Shown here piece after piece: positions 33,401 through 41,917 of a stretch of DNA of 64,000 nt. Location: assembly GCA_047602405.1 (NCBI GenBank), contig JASGHJ010000002.1, forward strand, positions 992,001 to 1,056,000. Direction: 5' to 3'. The notes beneath the pieces were generated by a model. It did not search any database and was not told the DNA's origin. It was given only the letters and a program-made list of their open reading frames with translations. The stretch's first letter is position 1; every line of letters begins with the position of its first letter. This DNA comes from Anaeromyxobacteraceae bacterium. Lineage in GTDB: Bacteria > Myxococcota > Myxococcia > Myxococcales > Anaeromyxobacteraceae. A program made the position numbers and the translations under genes.

Positions 33401-33702
33401 TCGGCGAGCTCCTCGCGGCGTCCGGCCGCGCCGCCGACGCGATCGCGTACCTCGAGAAGGCGCGGCTCACGCCCCCGGGCCAGGAGGAGGGGAACTACAT
33501 CTCGCTCTACCCGCGCATCCTCCTGCGCCTCGCGGTCGCGCACGAGGCGGCCGGGGATCGCACCCTCGCCCGCGAGCGGCTCTCCGAGCTCCTCGCGCTC
33601 TGGAAGAAGGCGGACCCGGACCTCCCCGGCGTCGTCGAGGCCCGGGCCCTCGAGCGCCGGCTCGGGTCCGCGCGGGTGGCGTCCGGTGCGGCCGCCCCGT
33701 AA
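30433..33702 (+). CDS. Membrane Ser/Thr protein kinase with TolB-N-like and TPR domains
   Basis: N-terminal TM pair; GRGGFG, VALK, HRDLKPAN, DFG, GTPGYMAPE; TM segment, then TPR-like repeats. Confidence 0.9.
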   Translation: MAAPGGPLERLRRFYDELRRRRMFRALGAYGVGAFAVLQSAEPVVHGLHLPEWVISVVVIGCAAGFPVAFVLAWTFDLTARGIERTPDAAPVTPTPPPAPENSAVRPGQLSALLEELARAPEVAPLALRPLRPGDSVGRFEVLREIGRGGFGVVYEARDGGLGRLVALKTVQPRKGVDPEMLRGEAEAAAQLQHPNIVTVHDVGADHGHAWMVLELLRGETLEARLRRGPLPHREALRIAIHVARGLAHAHRAGIVHRDLKPANVFLCEDGTAKILDFGLSRVFGSGGAEGGTPGYMAPEQSRGGAQDARTDVFAAAVMLHEMLAGRRPYEVRDGRSSALDAVRAPALEVRAPGPLRRLLEAGLHPDPDHRPRDGGAWLELLLKADAAGARSHARAALAVGVAGSVLAAIAMGTLVWRGIRAGAEEAELDPALRVPVAVADVRNGTSDPELDGLSGMLVTSLEQSRRLLVLTRSRLVDAIRQLGKEPPAVVDEPLAREVGRSLGVKALLLATVHRFDDVYAIELRALDPATNEYLFTLKEQARGKASVPELIDRLARATRDRLRPGPSEAEGTKRAVAELTTSNLEAYEHYFNARRNIDLRQFDGARKELEAALAADPSFALAHYARTVLDSWTHPLGLGGLEGPDAEGDRQRLEAAVRLADRLPERERLGLLAWKATADGRNDEARRLRDEAARAFPQDKDAVFWAGDQRFHVGDPAGAIPFFEKAIALDPDYRLVLEHLVGANAQLGRSQEVLRWSKRWAEVAGTPEAKMAYGRALLVADHVDEAQRLFHEVGGPGYDPPPMITWLLRHGRVDEAEARARAALKVPIPAGVASDADKASRGPSEALEAVYTFQGRLREAERLSRERLARAPAKDRVQRLFAYALISRDPARAGALLTEIQATGMDKDPVVAAQAAIAVGLAGDRGGAEGRRAAVLAMPGWGRLTPGARSFFEGALALAAGHLDEAERSLRGPAEGAPPDPVYVSRVTLGELLAASGRAADAIAYLEKARLTPPGQEEGNYISLYPRILLRLAVAHEAAGDRTLARERLSELLALWKKADPDLPGVVEARALERRLGSARVASGAAAP

Positions 33703-33711
33703 GCTGGCGGC

Positions 33712-34392
33712 ATGAAGCCGGCCCGCCCGTTGCCCCGTGCCCTGCCGCGCCGTGGCCCGTTGCTCCGGGGGCTCTTGCTCTGCAGCCTGGCGCTCGCGCC
33801 GGCCGCGCGCGCCGACGACAGCATGCGCTGCGAGCGCGGCATCGTGAGCGCCGGCGACCTCACCGTCGACCTCCTCGGCAAGTGCGGCCCGCCGTCGCTG
33901 CGCGACCGGTGGACCGAGGAGCAGGACGCGGTGGCGGTGAACGTGAAGGCGGGGCTCGCCGAGGCGGCCCGCCTCACCGTCGAGCTCGAGCAGTGGACCT
34001 ACGACTTCGGCACGAACAGCTTCCTCATGCTCGTCACCCTCCGCAACGGGCGGATCGTGGGCTTCGCGCGCGGCGGCTACGGCCACGGGCTCCCGCCGGT
34101 GGAGGCGCCCAGGCCGCGCGTCTCGGCGTGCGAGCCGAACTTCCACGAGGGCGACACGAAGGCCGACGTCCTCGCGCGCTGCGGGCAGCCGGCCGACCTG
34201 CACGCGTGGCAGGGCGTGCGCTCGCTGCCGCTCGTCGCGACGGGCACGGGGGCGGTGGGGGTCTCGCGGCGCCCGGTGCGCCACGAGCAGTGGATCTACA
34301 ACCTCGGCCCGAACCAGTTCCTGCGCGTGGTCCTCTTCGAGGACGGGCGGGTGGCGAGCGTCTCGACCGGCGGCTACGGCTACCGGGACTGA
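33712..34392 (+). CDS. Exported protein with two DUF2845-like domains
   Basis: Signal peptide; twice GD....L.(K/R)CG.P...EQW.Y(D/N)(F/L)G.N.F. Confidence 0.8.
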   Translation: MKPARPLPRALPRRGPLLRGLLLCSLALAPAARADDSMRCERGIVSAGDLTVDLLGKCGPPSLRDRWTEEQDAVAVNVKAGLAEAARLTVELEQWTYDFGTNSFLMLVTLRNGRIVGFARGGYGHGLPPVEAPRPRVSACEPNFHEGDTKADVLARCGQPADLHAWQGVRSLPLVATGTGAVGVSRRPVRHEQWIYNLGPNQFLRVVLFEDGRVASVSTGGYGYRD

Positions 34393-34401
34393 GGCCCCGG
34401 G

Positions 34402-36114
34402 CTACCGCGGCCGCGCGCCGCCGACCGCGAGCGCGTGGACGCGCGCGGCCCCGCCCGCCGGCAGGCGCAGCTCGAGGGCGCCGGACGCGGGCACGAGCTC
34501 CACCGCGCCGCCGCGGCCGAACCCCAGCACCTCGCCCGTCGCGACGTCGCGGATCATGGCGACCTCGCCGGGCTCGGCGCTCCAGGTCACGCGGACCGCG
34601 CCACCCGAGGCGGGCTCCACCGACGGCGCGGCGCCGGCGCGGGCCGCGGGGGTGCGCTGCGCGCGCACGATCGCCGGCCCGCCCGCGGCCTCCCAGCGGA
34701 GCGTCGCGAGCTCGGCGGCCTCGGCGGCCTCGAGCGGGACCGTGAAGGCGAAGCCCGCGCCCGGGCCGGACGCGCAGGTGGCGTCGGCGAGCGCGAACGG
34801 CACCGAGAAGAGCGCGCGGCCCTGGGCGTCGAGGCCGGTGAGCCGCTCCGGTCCGGGCGGCGGCGGCCGCGCGGGGACGGGCAGGTGGAACGCCGGCTCG
34901 AGCGTCCGCACGCCGCCCTCCTCGCGCCCCCACACGAGGAGCGACGCCGGGGACGCCGCCCGCGGCGCGTCGGCGGCGGGCGGCGCCGGCTCCTCCGCCG
35001 CGAGGCCGGGCGCGCGGAGCGTCCCGAGGACCTTGCGGTAGTTGTAGTCGGAGACCCAGTTGTTGGAGCAGTAGGCCATCAGGTCGTGCAGGTCGGGCGT
35101 CTTGAGCGCGCCGGTGGCGACGTCGAGGCCGTAGGCGCCGATGACGGCGCCGGCGTAGGGGTAGTTCGGGTCCGGGCCACCCGCGCTGCAGCCGGGCGCG
35201 TGGCTGAGGCCGAAGTTGTGGCCGACCTCGTGGGCGAGCACGCCGCTCGAGGAGGAGCCCTCCGGGTCGCCGGCGCGCATCTTGTCCCAGCCGATCGCGG
35301 CGCGGCCGGGCACGTAGCCGATGCCGGCGACGCCGCCGCCGTAGCTCGTCGCGATGGCGCCGTAGAGGTAGCCGCTCCAGCCGTCGGCGGCGCGCTTCGC
35401 GGACACCTCCGAGAGGATCGTGCTCCAGCCGGTGCCGTCGGCGGCGGCGGAGACCGAGGCCGAGAAGGTGCTCCCGAGGCTCGCGTCCACGGTCGCGACC
35501 GGCCAGGCGCGCTGGAGCAGGGTCGTGTAGTAGGCGAGGTTCGTGGCCGTCGCGTTGCCGGTGAGCCCGTCGGGCGTCTTCACCGGGACGATCCGCATCC
35601 GGACGGGCGGCACCGTCGCGACGTCGAGCGGGCGCGGCGCGCCGGAGGGTGGCCAGGCGTTGTTGGACTCGTCGGTCTCGAGGATCTTCCGGTCGGAGTC
35701 GACGTCGATCCGGATCGAGCGCCCGGGCTGGATCAGCGCGCCGGGGATGGCGCCGTTCCAGGAGGACGCGAGGTCGCCCTCGTCGACGGCCGCCGGCACC
35801 GACGGCCCCGGCGGCGGCACCGCGATCATGCCGACGAGGGTCGCGCCCTCGTAGACGCTGACCCGGACGAGCGGCGCCGCGGTCGCGGGGCCGGTCGCGG
35901 TCACCCAGACGCGCGCGATCGCGTCCTTGCCCGCGACGAGCGGCACGTCGAAGGCCGGGGTCTGCGTGGACTGGACCACGTACGCCGTCGCGATCGCGAG
36001 GTCGGGGCCGCCCGGCGGCGCGGTCCTCACGGGCACGCGCTCCGCCTCGCACGCGACGGCCGCGGCGACGAGGGCGAGGGTGGCCAGGTGGCGGGAGGGC
36101 GCCGGGAGCATCAC
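34402..36114 (-). CDS. Zinc metallopeptidase lipoprotein (M66-like)
   Basis: Lipobox-like AVAC; metzincin motif [11 protein letters not shown] and DLMAYC Met-turn. Confidence 0.8.
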   Translation of the reverse strand: MMLPAPSRHLATLALVAAAVACEAERVPVRTAPPGGPDLAIATAYVVQSTQTPAFDVPLVAGKDAIARVWVTATGPATAAPLVRVSVYEGATLVGMIAVPPPGPSVPAAVDEGDLASSWNGAIPGALIQPGRSIRIDVDSDRKILETDESNNAWPPSGAPRPLDVATVPPVRMRIVPVKTPDGLTGNATATNLAYYTTLLQRAWPVATVDASLGSTFSASVSAAADGTGWSTILSEVSAKRAADGWSGYLYGAIATSYGGGVAGIGYVPGRAAIGWDKMRAGDPEGSSSSGVLAHEVGHNFGLSHAPGCSAGGPDPNYPYAGAVIGAYGLDVATGALKTPDLHDLMAYCSNNWVSDYNYRKVLGTLRAPGLAAEEPAPPAADAPRAASPASLLVWGREEGGVRTLEPAFHLPVPARPPPPGPERLTGLDAQGRALFSVPFALADATCASGPGAGFAFTVPLEAAEAAELATLRWEAAGGPAIVRAQRTPAARAGAAPSVEPASGGAVRVTWSAEPGEVAMIRDVATGEVLGFGRGGAVELVPASGALELRLPAGGAARVHALAVGGARPR

Positions 36115-36351
36115 CGGCCGTGGATCCTACGCCGGGGGCAGCCGCGTGTCGTGGAGGGCGGGGACGCACCTTTCCGGATTTGCCGGATGCGTCTCCACGG
36201 CGTGGGACAGCGGCCAAACGTCGCGCACTTCCACCCCCAAGAAGGAGGTTGGGTTCAAGACGGCGACCGGTCGGCTCCTGTAGAATCGCCGCGTACACCA
36301 CCCCAGGTGAAAACTGGTACGGCCCACTCCCTGGGCCGGGGGAAGGAACAC

Positions 36352-37806
36352 ATGAGGCCGATCCACTTCATCGCCGCGGCGCTCACGCTCGCGCTCTCGA
36401 GCGGTCCCGCGTACGCGATCAACCTCGGCAAGATCTTCGGGACGAAGTCCACGTCCTCGAGCAGCGGTCACTCGGGCTCGGGCGACGACAAGGACAAGGA
36501 CAAGGGCCACGACGAGGACGAGAACTGCGACGACGGCGGCGGCGACTGGGTGCCGCCGTACGAGAACCCGCCGGAGATCGTGTTCGTCTGCTACCACAAG
36601 CAGAACGGCAAGGCGCGCATCGTGCCGCCGTGGTTCCCCGCGGGCTGCGACCCGACGCTCCTCGGCTACCCGACGTACCCGGGCGCGATCCCGGGCAAGA
36701 TGTGCACGGCGGGCGGCGCGCTCGAGTGCAAGCGCACCGAGTTCTTCATGCAGCTGCCGGTGCAGGGTCCTCCGGGCCCGGCCGGCCCTCCCGGTCCGCA
36801 GGGCGCGGCCGGGCCGCAGGGGCCCGCGGGCCCTGCCGGCCCCGCAGGTCCGAAGGGTGACACCGGCCTGCAGGGCCCGATGGGCCCGGCCGGCGTCGAC
36901 GGGCTCCCCGGTCCGATGGGCCCGATGGGCCCCGCCGGCGCGCAGGGCCCCGCAGGTCCTGCCGGCGCCGCAGGCGCGCAGGGCGCGCAGGGCGCCCAGG
37001 GTCCCGCCGGTCCGACCGGCCCGCAGGGACCGCAGGGCCTGACCGGCCTGCAGGGCCCGATGGGCCCCGCCGGCGTGGACGGCCTCCCCGGCCCGGCCGG
37101 CGCGACCGGCCCCACGGGCCCCGCCGGCGCTGCCGGGCCGACCGGCCCGACCGGCCCGAAGGGTGACGCCGGCGTCGCGGGCCCCGCCGGTCCCACCGGC
37201 CCGACCGGTCCCGCCGGCCCCACGGGCCCGCAGGGTCCTCCGGGCACCGGCGGCGGCGCGGCGACGGCCTACTGGTCGTCCGGCCTGCCCGTGCTGGAGA
37301 ACAAGGGCATCACCCCCGCGCTGACGCTCGAGGCCGGCAAGCGGTACTTCATCACCGCCGTGGCCAACGCGCTCGTCCAGCCGTCGAACTCGGCGCGGAC
37401 GCTGTCGTGCTCGCTCGACAGCCCGACCGGCCGGTACACCCACGTCGAGGCGCTCATCCCGCCGGTCGTCGTCACCGGCGCCAACAACGCGCTCGAGATC
37501 AGCCAGACGCCGGTCTCGGTGGTGGTGACGTTCCAGGCCTACGCGGCCCCGGACGCGGCCAACGTGACGGACGTGTTCCTCAACTGCATCGCCAACGAGA
37601 CCCGCGTGGAGCTCATCAACGACAGCTCGGTCTCGGCGGTCGAGGTGGGCGCGGTCATCACCAACACGCTGCGCGGCACCGAGCCGCCGACGCACCCGGC
37701 GCCGTGCAGCACGAACGGCACCACGTCGCTCCGCGCGGGGACGGGCACGTCGCCCTGCACGATCGACAACTCGCCGCAGGTGAACCGCCGCAGCGGCAGC
37801 TACTGA
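36352..37806 (+). CDS. Secreted collagen-like protein
   Basis: AAGGA RBS, signal peptide, Cys-containing N-domain, about 54 uninterrupted Gly-X-Y triplets (36766-37251), beta-rich C-domain. Confidence 0.88.
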   Translation: MRPIHFIAAALTLALSSGPAYAINLGKIFGTKSTSSSSGHSGSGDDKDKDKGHDEDENCDDGGGDWVPPYENPPEIVFVCYHKQNGKARIVPPWFPAGCDPTLLGYPTYPGAIPGKMCTAGGALECKRTEFFMQLPVQGPPGPAGPPGPQGAAGPQGPAGPAGPAGPKGDTGLQGPMGPAGVDGLPGPMGPMGPAGAQGPAGPAGAAGAQGAQGAQGPAGPTGPQGPQGLTGLQGPMGPAGVDGLPGPAGATGPTGPAGAAGPTGPTGPKGDAGVAGPAGPTGPTGPAGPTGPQGPPGTGGGAATAYWSSGLPVLENKGITPALTLEAGKRYFITAVANALVQPSNSARTLSCSLDSPTGRYTHVEALIPPVVVTGANNALEISQTPVSVVVTFQAYAAPDAANVTDVFLNCIANETRVELINDSSVSAVEVGAVITNTLRGTEPPTHPAPCSTNGTTSLRAGTGTSPCTIDNSPQVNRRSGSY

Positions 37807-37829
37807 GCCCCGCCACGGGGTGTGCGTTC

Positions 37830-37868
37830 GCGGCGCGGGTTCCTCCGGGAGCCCGCGCCGCTCGCTTC
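37830..37868 (+). terminator. Hairpin downstream of the collagen-like gene
   Basis: GCGGCGCGGGTTCC-TCCG-GGAGCCCGCGCCGC followed by TCGCTTCT. Confidence 0.5.
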
Positions 37869-37918
37869 TGGTGGGCAGGGCAGGGCCGGACGCGGGCGAG
37901 CGGCCCGCGTGCCGCCGC

Positions 37919-38158
37919 TCAGTACGCGGGGCGCAGCTCCCAGCTGTAGGACACGAGCTCACGGTCGACGACCACCGGCAGCCGCAGCGGGTCCTGCGAG
38001 AGGACCCGCGCGAGGTCGGGCGCGAGGGCGAGCACGTGGGGGCGGCCGGCCGGGAGCTGGTCGATCGCCTGGAGGATCTCGACGCGATCCCGGTCGCGGG
38101 CGGCGCCGATGAGGACGCCCACGTCGAAGCCCCGGGGATGCTCGAAGAAGTCGCTCAC
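37919..38158 (-). CDS. Hypothetical 79-aa protein
   Basis: Host-like codon usage and globular composition; GAG upstream of GTG. Confidence 0.5.
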   Translation of the reverse strand: MSDFFEHPRGFDVGVLIGAARDRDRVEILQAIDQLPAGRPHVLALAPDLARVLSQDPLRLPVVVDRELVSYSWELRPAY

Positions 38159-38377
38159 GTCGTCTCGCCCGTCCGCCCGGGCGGATCACCCGACTGCGTA
38201 GTCATCCGGTTGACCGGATGTTCGCTCGTGCAGGTCGATCATCCCTTGATCGGGGTCAGGCGATCCCGTCGCAGGACCGAGGGACGTTCGGCTTTTTCCG
38301 TGCGACGCCGGGTGAACTTCGTGGAGCTCTCGACCGCCCGCGCGGGCCCACCTGAGCCCGCGTCTCGGTCGCCGCGG

Positions 38378-39046
38378 TCAGGTCGGGAGCGGCACGAAGG
38401 CCGGGCGGCGCGGCGAGGCGAGGTATGCCGCGATGCGCGGGCGGCGCGCGATCTTCTCGAAGAGCGCCGAGAGCCTCGGAAAGCGCGACAAGGAGGCGCC
38501 GAGGCCGTTGTCGCGCACGATCTCGAGGGCGTACCAGAGCGCGAGGTCGGCGACGGTGAGCACGTCGCAGGCCCCGAAGCCCTCCCGCGAGCCGTTCCGC
38601 TCGATCGTCCGCTCCAGGAAGCCCAGCCAGCGCGGGATCGACGCCGTCGCGAGCTCCTCGCGGACCGCGGCGCGCTTCTCCGGGGCGGCGGTCGGGATCT
38701 TCCGGAGCTCCAGCCGCAGGTCCTCGACCGCGCCCCACAGCTCGTCGCAGCGCGCGTTCTCGAGCGGCGTGCGGCCGAGGAGGCCGTGCGCGCGGCCGAC
38801 GTGGTAGGCGATGGCCGCGCTCTGCGCGAGCCGCAAGCCGTTCGGCTCCTCCCAGACCGGCGCGGCCTCGTAGGGCAGGTCGCCGGTGGCCTTCAGGGCC
38901 GCGAAGTCGGTGGGGCGGCCGCCGAGGGGCGGGGTGCCCTTGCCGATGGGGTGCTCCTGCCACTCGACGCCGGCCTCGGCGAGCGCGAGCCGGATGATCT
39001 CCGCGCGCCCGCGGGCGGCGAAGTAGATGATCGTGGGCTTGTCCAT
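38378..39046 (-). CDS. Glutathione S-transferase (Tyr-type)
   Basis: IIYFAARGRAEIIRL, LAQSAAI, LTVADL, RPRIAAYLAS; start adjusted. Confidence 0.9.
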   Translation of the reverse strand: MDKPTIIYFAARGRAEIIRLALAEAGVEWQEHPIGKGTPPLGGRPTDFAALKATGDLPYEAAPVWEEPNGLRLAQSAAIAYHVGRAHGLLGRTPLENARCDELWGAVEDLRLELRKIPTAAPEKRAAVREELATASIPRWLGFLERTIERNGSREGFGACDVLTVADLALWYALEIVRDNGLGASLSRFPRLSALFEKIARRPRIAAYLASPRRPAFVPLPT

Positions 39047-39065
39047 GGCGCGGGAGTGTAGCGTG

Positions 39066-40775
39066 TCAGGCCCTCGTCCGCCGCGCGTCCCACCGCCCCT
39101 CCGCGCGCAGCCGCTCGACGATGGCCGCGGCCCGCTCGCGGAGCGCGAGGTAGTCCGTCTTCGCCACCCGGTTGAGCGGGATGCCACCCTGCGGCAGCAC
39201 CTCCACGTGCCCGGGCCGGGCGTAGGACGCGATGTCCCCGCACGCCGCGGCGACCTCGTCGGCGGTGAGGTCCGCGCCGGGCGCCGCCTCGACGAACGCC
39301 ACGATGCCCTCCGAGTAGACCGCGTGCTCGGCGCCCACGATCGCCGCCGCGCCCGCGCGGCCGGGCAGCGCCCGGAGGATGTGCTCCTCCACGTCGCCCG
39401 GGAAGACCTGGTAGCCCTTCGGCTTCACCACGAGCCGGGCCCGGCCGGACAGCCGCAGGCCCCCCTCGCGCGTGTACGCGCCGAGGTCGCCCGTGTAGAG
39501 CACGCCGTCCGTCGAGACGGCCCGCCGCGTGGCCTGTGGGTCGCCGAGGTAGCCGAGGAAGAGCTGAGGGCCCGCGAAGCAGAGCTCCCCGACCTCGCCC
39601 GGCGCGAGCTCCGCGCCGGCGGCGCCGTCCTCGCGCATCGGTGCGCGCACCGTGAGCGGGCACCGGGGCTGGTCCCAGCCGATGCCGCGCGCGAGGTCGT
39701 CGCTCGTCGCGCCCACCGCGGTGTACGTGCAGAAGCCGGAGGTCTCGGTGAGCCCGAGCCCGGTGCCGATGGCCGGCGCCATCCCGCGGAGCTGCTCGAG
39801 GAACGCGCGCGGGACGCCCTGGCCACCGTAGATCGCCGCGCGCACGCTCGCGAGGTCGCGGGCGGCGTAGCTCGAGTGGCGCCACTCGAGGTTGAAGAGG
39901 GCGGGGATCTGCCCGAGGATCGTGACCCCGTGGCGCTCGATCGCGTCGAGGCTCTTCCCGGCGTCGAAGACGTGCAGGAGCACCGAGGTGATGCCGCCGT
40001 ACAGCGCGGTCCCGAGGAGCTCCGTCGTGCAGCCGACGTGCGACGGCGGCAGGTTGACGAGGAGCCGGTCGGAGGGCCGCAGGTCGAAGCCCACCGAGAG
40101 CGCCACGTTCTGCACGAGGATGCCCTCGTGGCAGAGGAGGGCGGCCTTCGGGGAGCCCGTGGAGCCGGTCGTGAAGATGACGAGGCACCCGTCGCGCTTC
40201 GCGACGGCCCGGCGCGCCCGCCGGACCGCGCCCGTGAGCCGGGCGCGCACGTACCGGAGCGCGATGCCCTTCACCCAGTCCTTCACCCAGACGGCGCCGG
40301 GCAGGAGGTTGTCCGGCGTCTTCTGGAACTGCACCCAGCGCGCGACGCCGGGGATCGTGCCGACCACCTCGCGGAGCACCGGCATGAGCTGCGGCGCGCC
40401 CGCGTAGAGGTACCCCCGGGGGCGGAGCTTCTCGAGCGCCGCGCGGAGCTCTCCGGCCTGCAGCCTCAGGTCGAGCGGCGCGAGGACCACGCCGACCCGG
40501 TAGCAGGCGAGGAGCAGGAACACGTGCTCCTTGAGGAGGGGCAGGCTCGTGGCGAGGACGTCGCCCTTCCTGAAGCCGTCGTCGAGCAGGCGCGCGGCGA
40601 ACGCGTCGGCGGCGCGGTCGAGGGCGCGCCAGGTGACGGTCTCGCCGGTGTCGTGCTCGATGAGCGCGAGCCCCCCGGGGTCGGTGCGGGCGTGCAGCGC
40701 CACCCGGTCGGCGATGTTGTCCGGGAGCTCCGCCGTGCGGCGCAGGCACTCCTCGTCCTGTCGAGCGGTGAACAC
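39066..40775 (-). CDS. AMP-dependent acyl-CoA synthetase
   Basis: IFTTGSTGSPK, GLTETSG, YTGDLG, GYQVFPGDVE. Confidence 0.9.
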   Translation of the reverse strand: MFTARQDEECLRRTAELPDNIADRVALHARTDPGGLALIEHDTGETVTWRALDRAADAFAARLLDDGFRKGDVLATSLPLLKEHVFLLLACYRVGVVLAPLDLRLQAGELRAALEKLRPRGYLYAGAPQLMPVLREVVGTIPGVARWVQFQKTPDNLLPGAVWVKDWVKGIALRYVRARLTGAVRRARRAVAKRDGCLVIFTTGSTGSPKAALLCHEGILVQNVALSVGFDLRPSDRLLVNLPPSHVGCTTELLGTALYGGITSVLLHVFDAGKSLDAIERHGVTILGQIPALFNLEWRHSSYAARDLASVRAAIYGGQGVPRAFLEQLRGMAPAIGTGLGLTETSGFCTYTAVGATSDDLARGIGWDQPRCPLTVRAPMREDGAAGAELAPGEVGELCFAGPQLFLGYLGDPQATRRAVSTDGVLYTGDLGAYTREGGLRLSGRARLVVKPKGYQVFPGDVEEHILRALPGRAGAAAIVGAEHAVYSEGIVAFVEAAPGADLTADEVAAACGDIASYARPGHVEVLPQGGIPLNRVAKTDYLALRERAAAIVERLRAEGRWDARRTRA

Positions 40776-40937
40776 GTCGGCGCCTCCTCGTCGAGCTTCG
40801 AGCGGGCGCGCATCGTAGCGGTGGAGGGGGCCGGGGAGGTGCGGCGTTCCGCCATCGGCGGAGCGTCAAGTGAAGCGACCCGGGGCGGGGGCTCCCTGGT
40901 TCCCCCGCCCCGGATCCGTCCGGCGACGTCCCGGACG

Positions 40938-41435
40938 TCAGGTGTCCTCGCCCGCGGCCGACGCGACGAGCCGCTCGGCCTCTTCGGGCAGCGGCGGCAC
41001 GAGCACCGGGTGGCCGGCGCCGAGGCGGGCGCTCGACCAGGCGCCGTCGTCCCGGATCACGCGGATCGGCATGCCGACGCCCCAGGTGCCCGGCGCGCCG
41101 AACACGGCGGTGACCTCGGCCTTCTCGACCGGGATGGAGAGCGTGGGGGCGACGGTCTCGAGGAGCGTCACCGCGGCGCCGAGCGCCCGGGTGGCGGCGT
41201 CGTCGGCGAGCGCGGCCTCCCGGTGCGTCGAGGCCACGTAGGTCAGCCGGAGCACCGGCTCGCCGGCCGTCGTGCGGGCGATGGCGGACTCGAGGAGCAC
41301 GAAGGGCCGGCCGCCGTCGGCGACGAGGAGCCGCGGCTCGGAGGGCACGTAGACGACGGCAGGCTCGCCGGCGAACGCCGCGGGGGCGGTGGCGAGGAGC
41401 GCGGTGGCTGCGACGGCGAGGGCAGGGCGGTGCAC
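40938..41435 (-). CDS. Hypothetical exported protein
   Basis: GGAGG RBS before GTG; signal peptide ending AFA; start adjusted. Confidence 0.6.
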   Translation of the reverse strand: MHRPALAVAATALLATAPAAFAGEPAVVYVPSEPRLLVADGGRPFVLLESAIARTTAGEPVLRLTYVASTHREAALADDAATRALGAAVTLLETVAPTLSIPVEKAEVTAVFGAPGTWGVGMPIRVIRDDGAWSSARLGAGHPVLVPPLPEEAERLVASAAGEDT

Positions 41436-41567
41436 GGGGGCCTCCGGACGGGCGATTCGCCCGCGTTCGGAGGGAAAGACGCACGGGCGCCGCCGGGCGT
41501 TCCCGGGCGGACATTCCGTCACGAAGCCGGAGGTTGCCGTCTCCCGGCCTCGCCTGCGGGAGGGCGG

Positions 41568-41852
41568 CTACCGGCGCGCGGCCCGCGCGACGCCCAGGCC
41601 GGCCGTGAAGAGGCCGACGAAGCCGAGCCCGACGGCGATGCGCCGGTTCCGCGCGCGCTCGGCCTCGAGGTCGCGCTGCTCGAACCCCTTGCCCTCGAGG
41701 AGGCCCTTCATCGAGTCGCCGGCGGCCCGGAGCGCCTGCGCGGCGGCCTCGGGCTCGGTGGGATCGTTCTTCACGTAGAGGACGCCGGCGCCGGCCGCGA
41801 GGAGCAGGCCGGCGAGGACGAGGCCGGCGCCGTAGGCGAGGCGGCTCTTCAT
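41568..41852 (-). CDS. Small two-TM membrane protein
   Basis: Hydrophobic N- and C-terminal segments. Confidence 0.6.
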   Translation of the reverse strand: MKSRLAYGAGLVLAGLLLAAGAGVLYVKNDPTEPEAAAQALRAAGDSMKGLLEGKGFEQRDLEAERARNRRIAVGLGFVGLFTAGLGVARAARR

Positions 41853-41917
41853 GGTCCGGGCATCCTAGCGCGCGGGGTGGGCGCGCGCGAGGATGCCCGC
41901 GGAGGGCCGGGACGACC

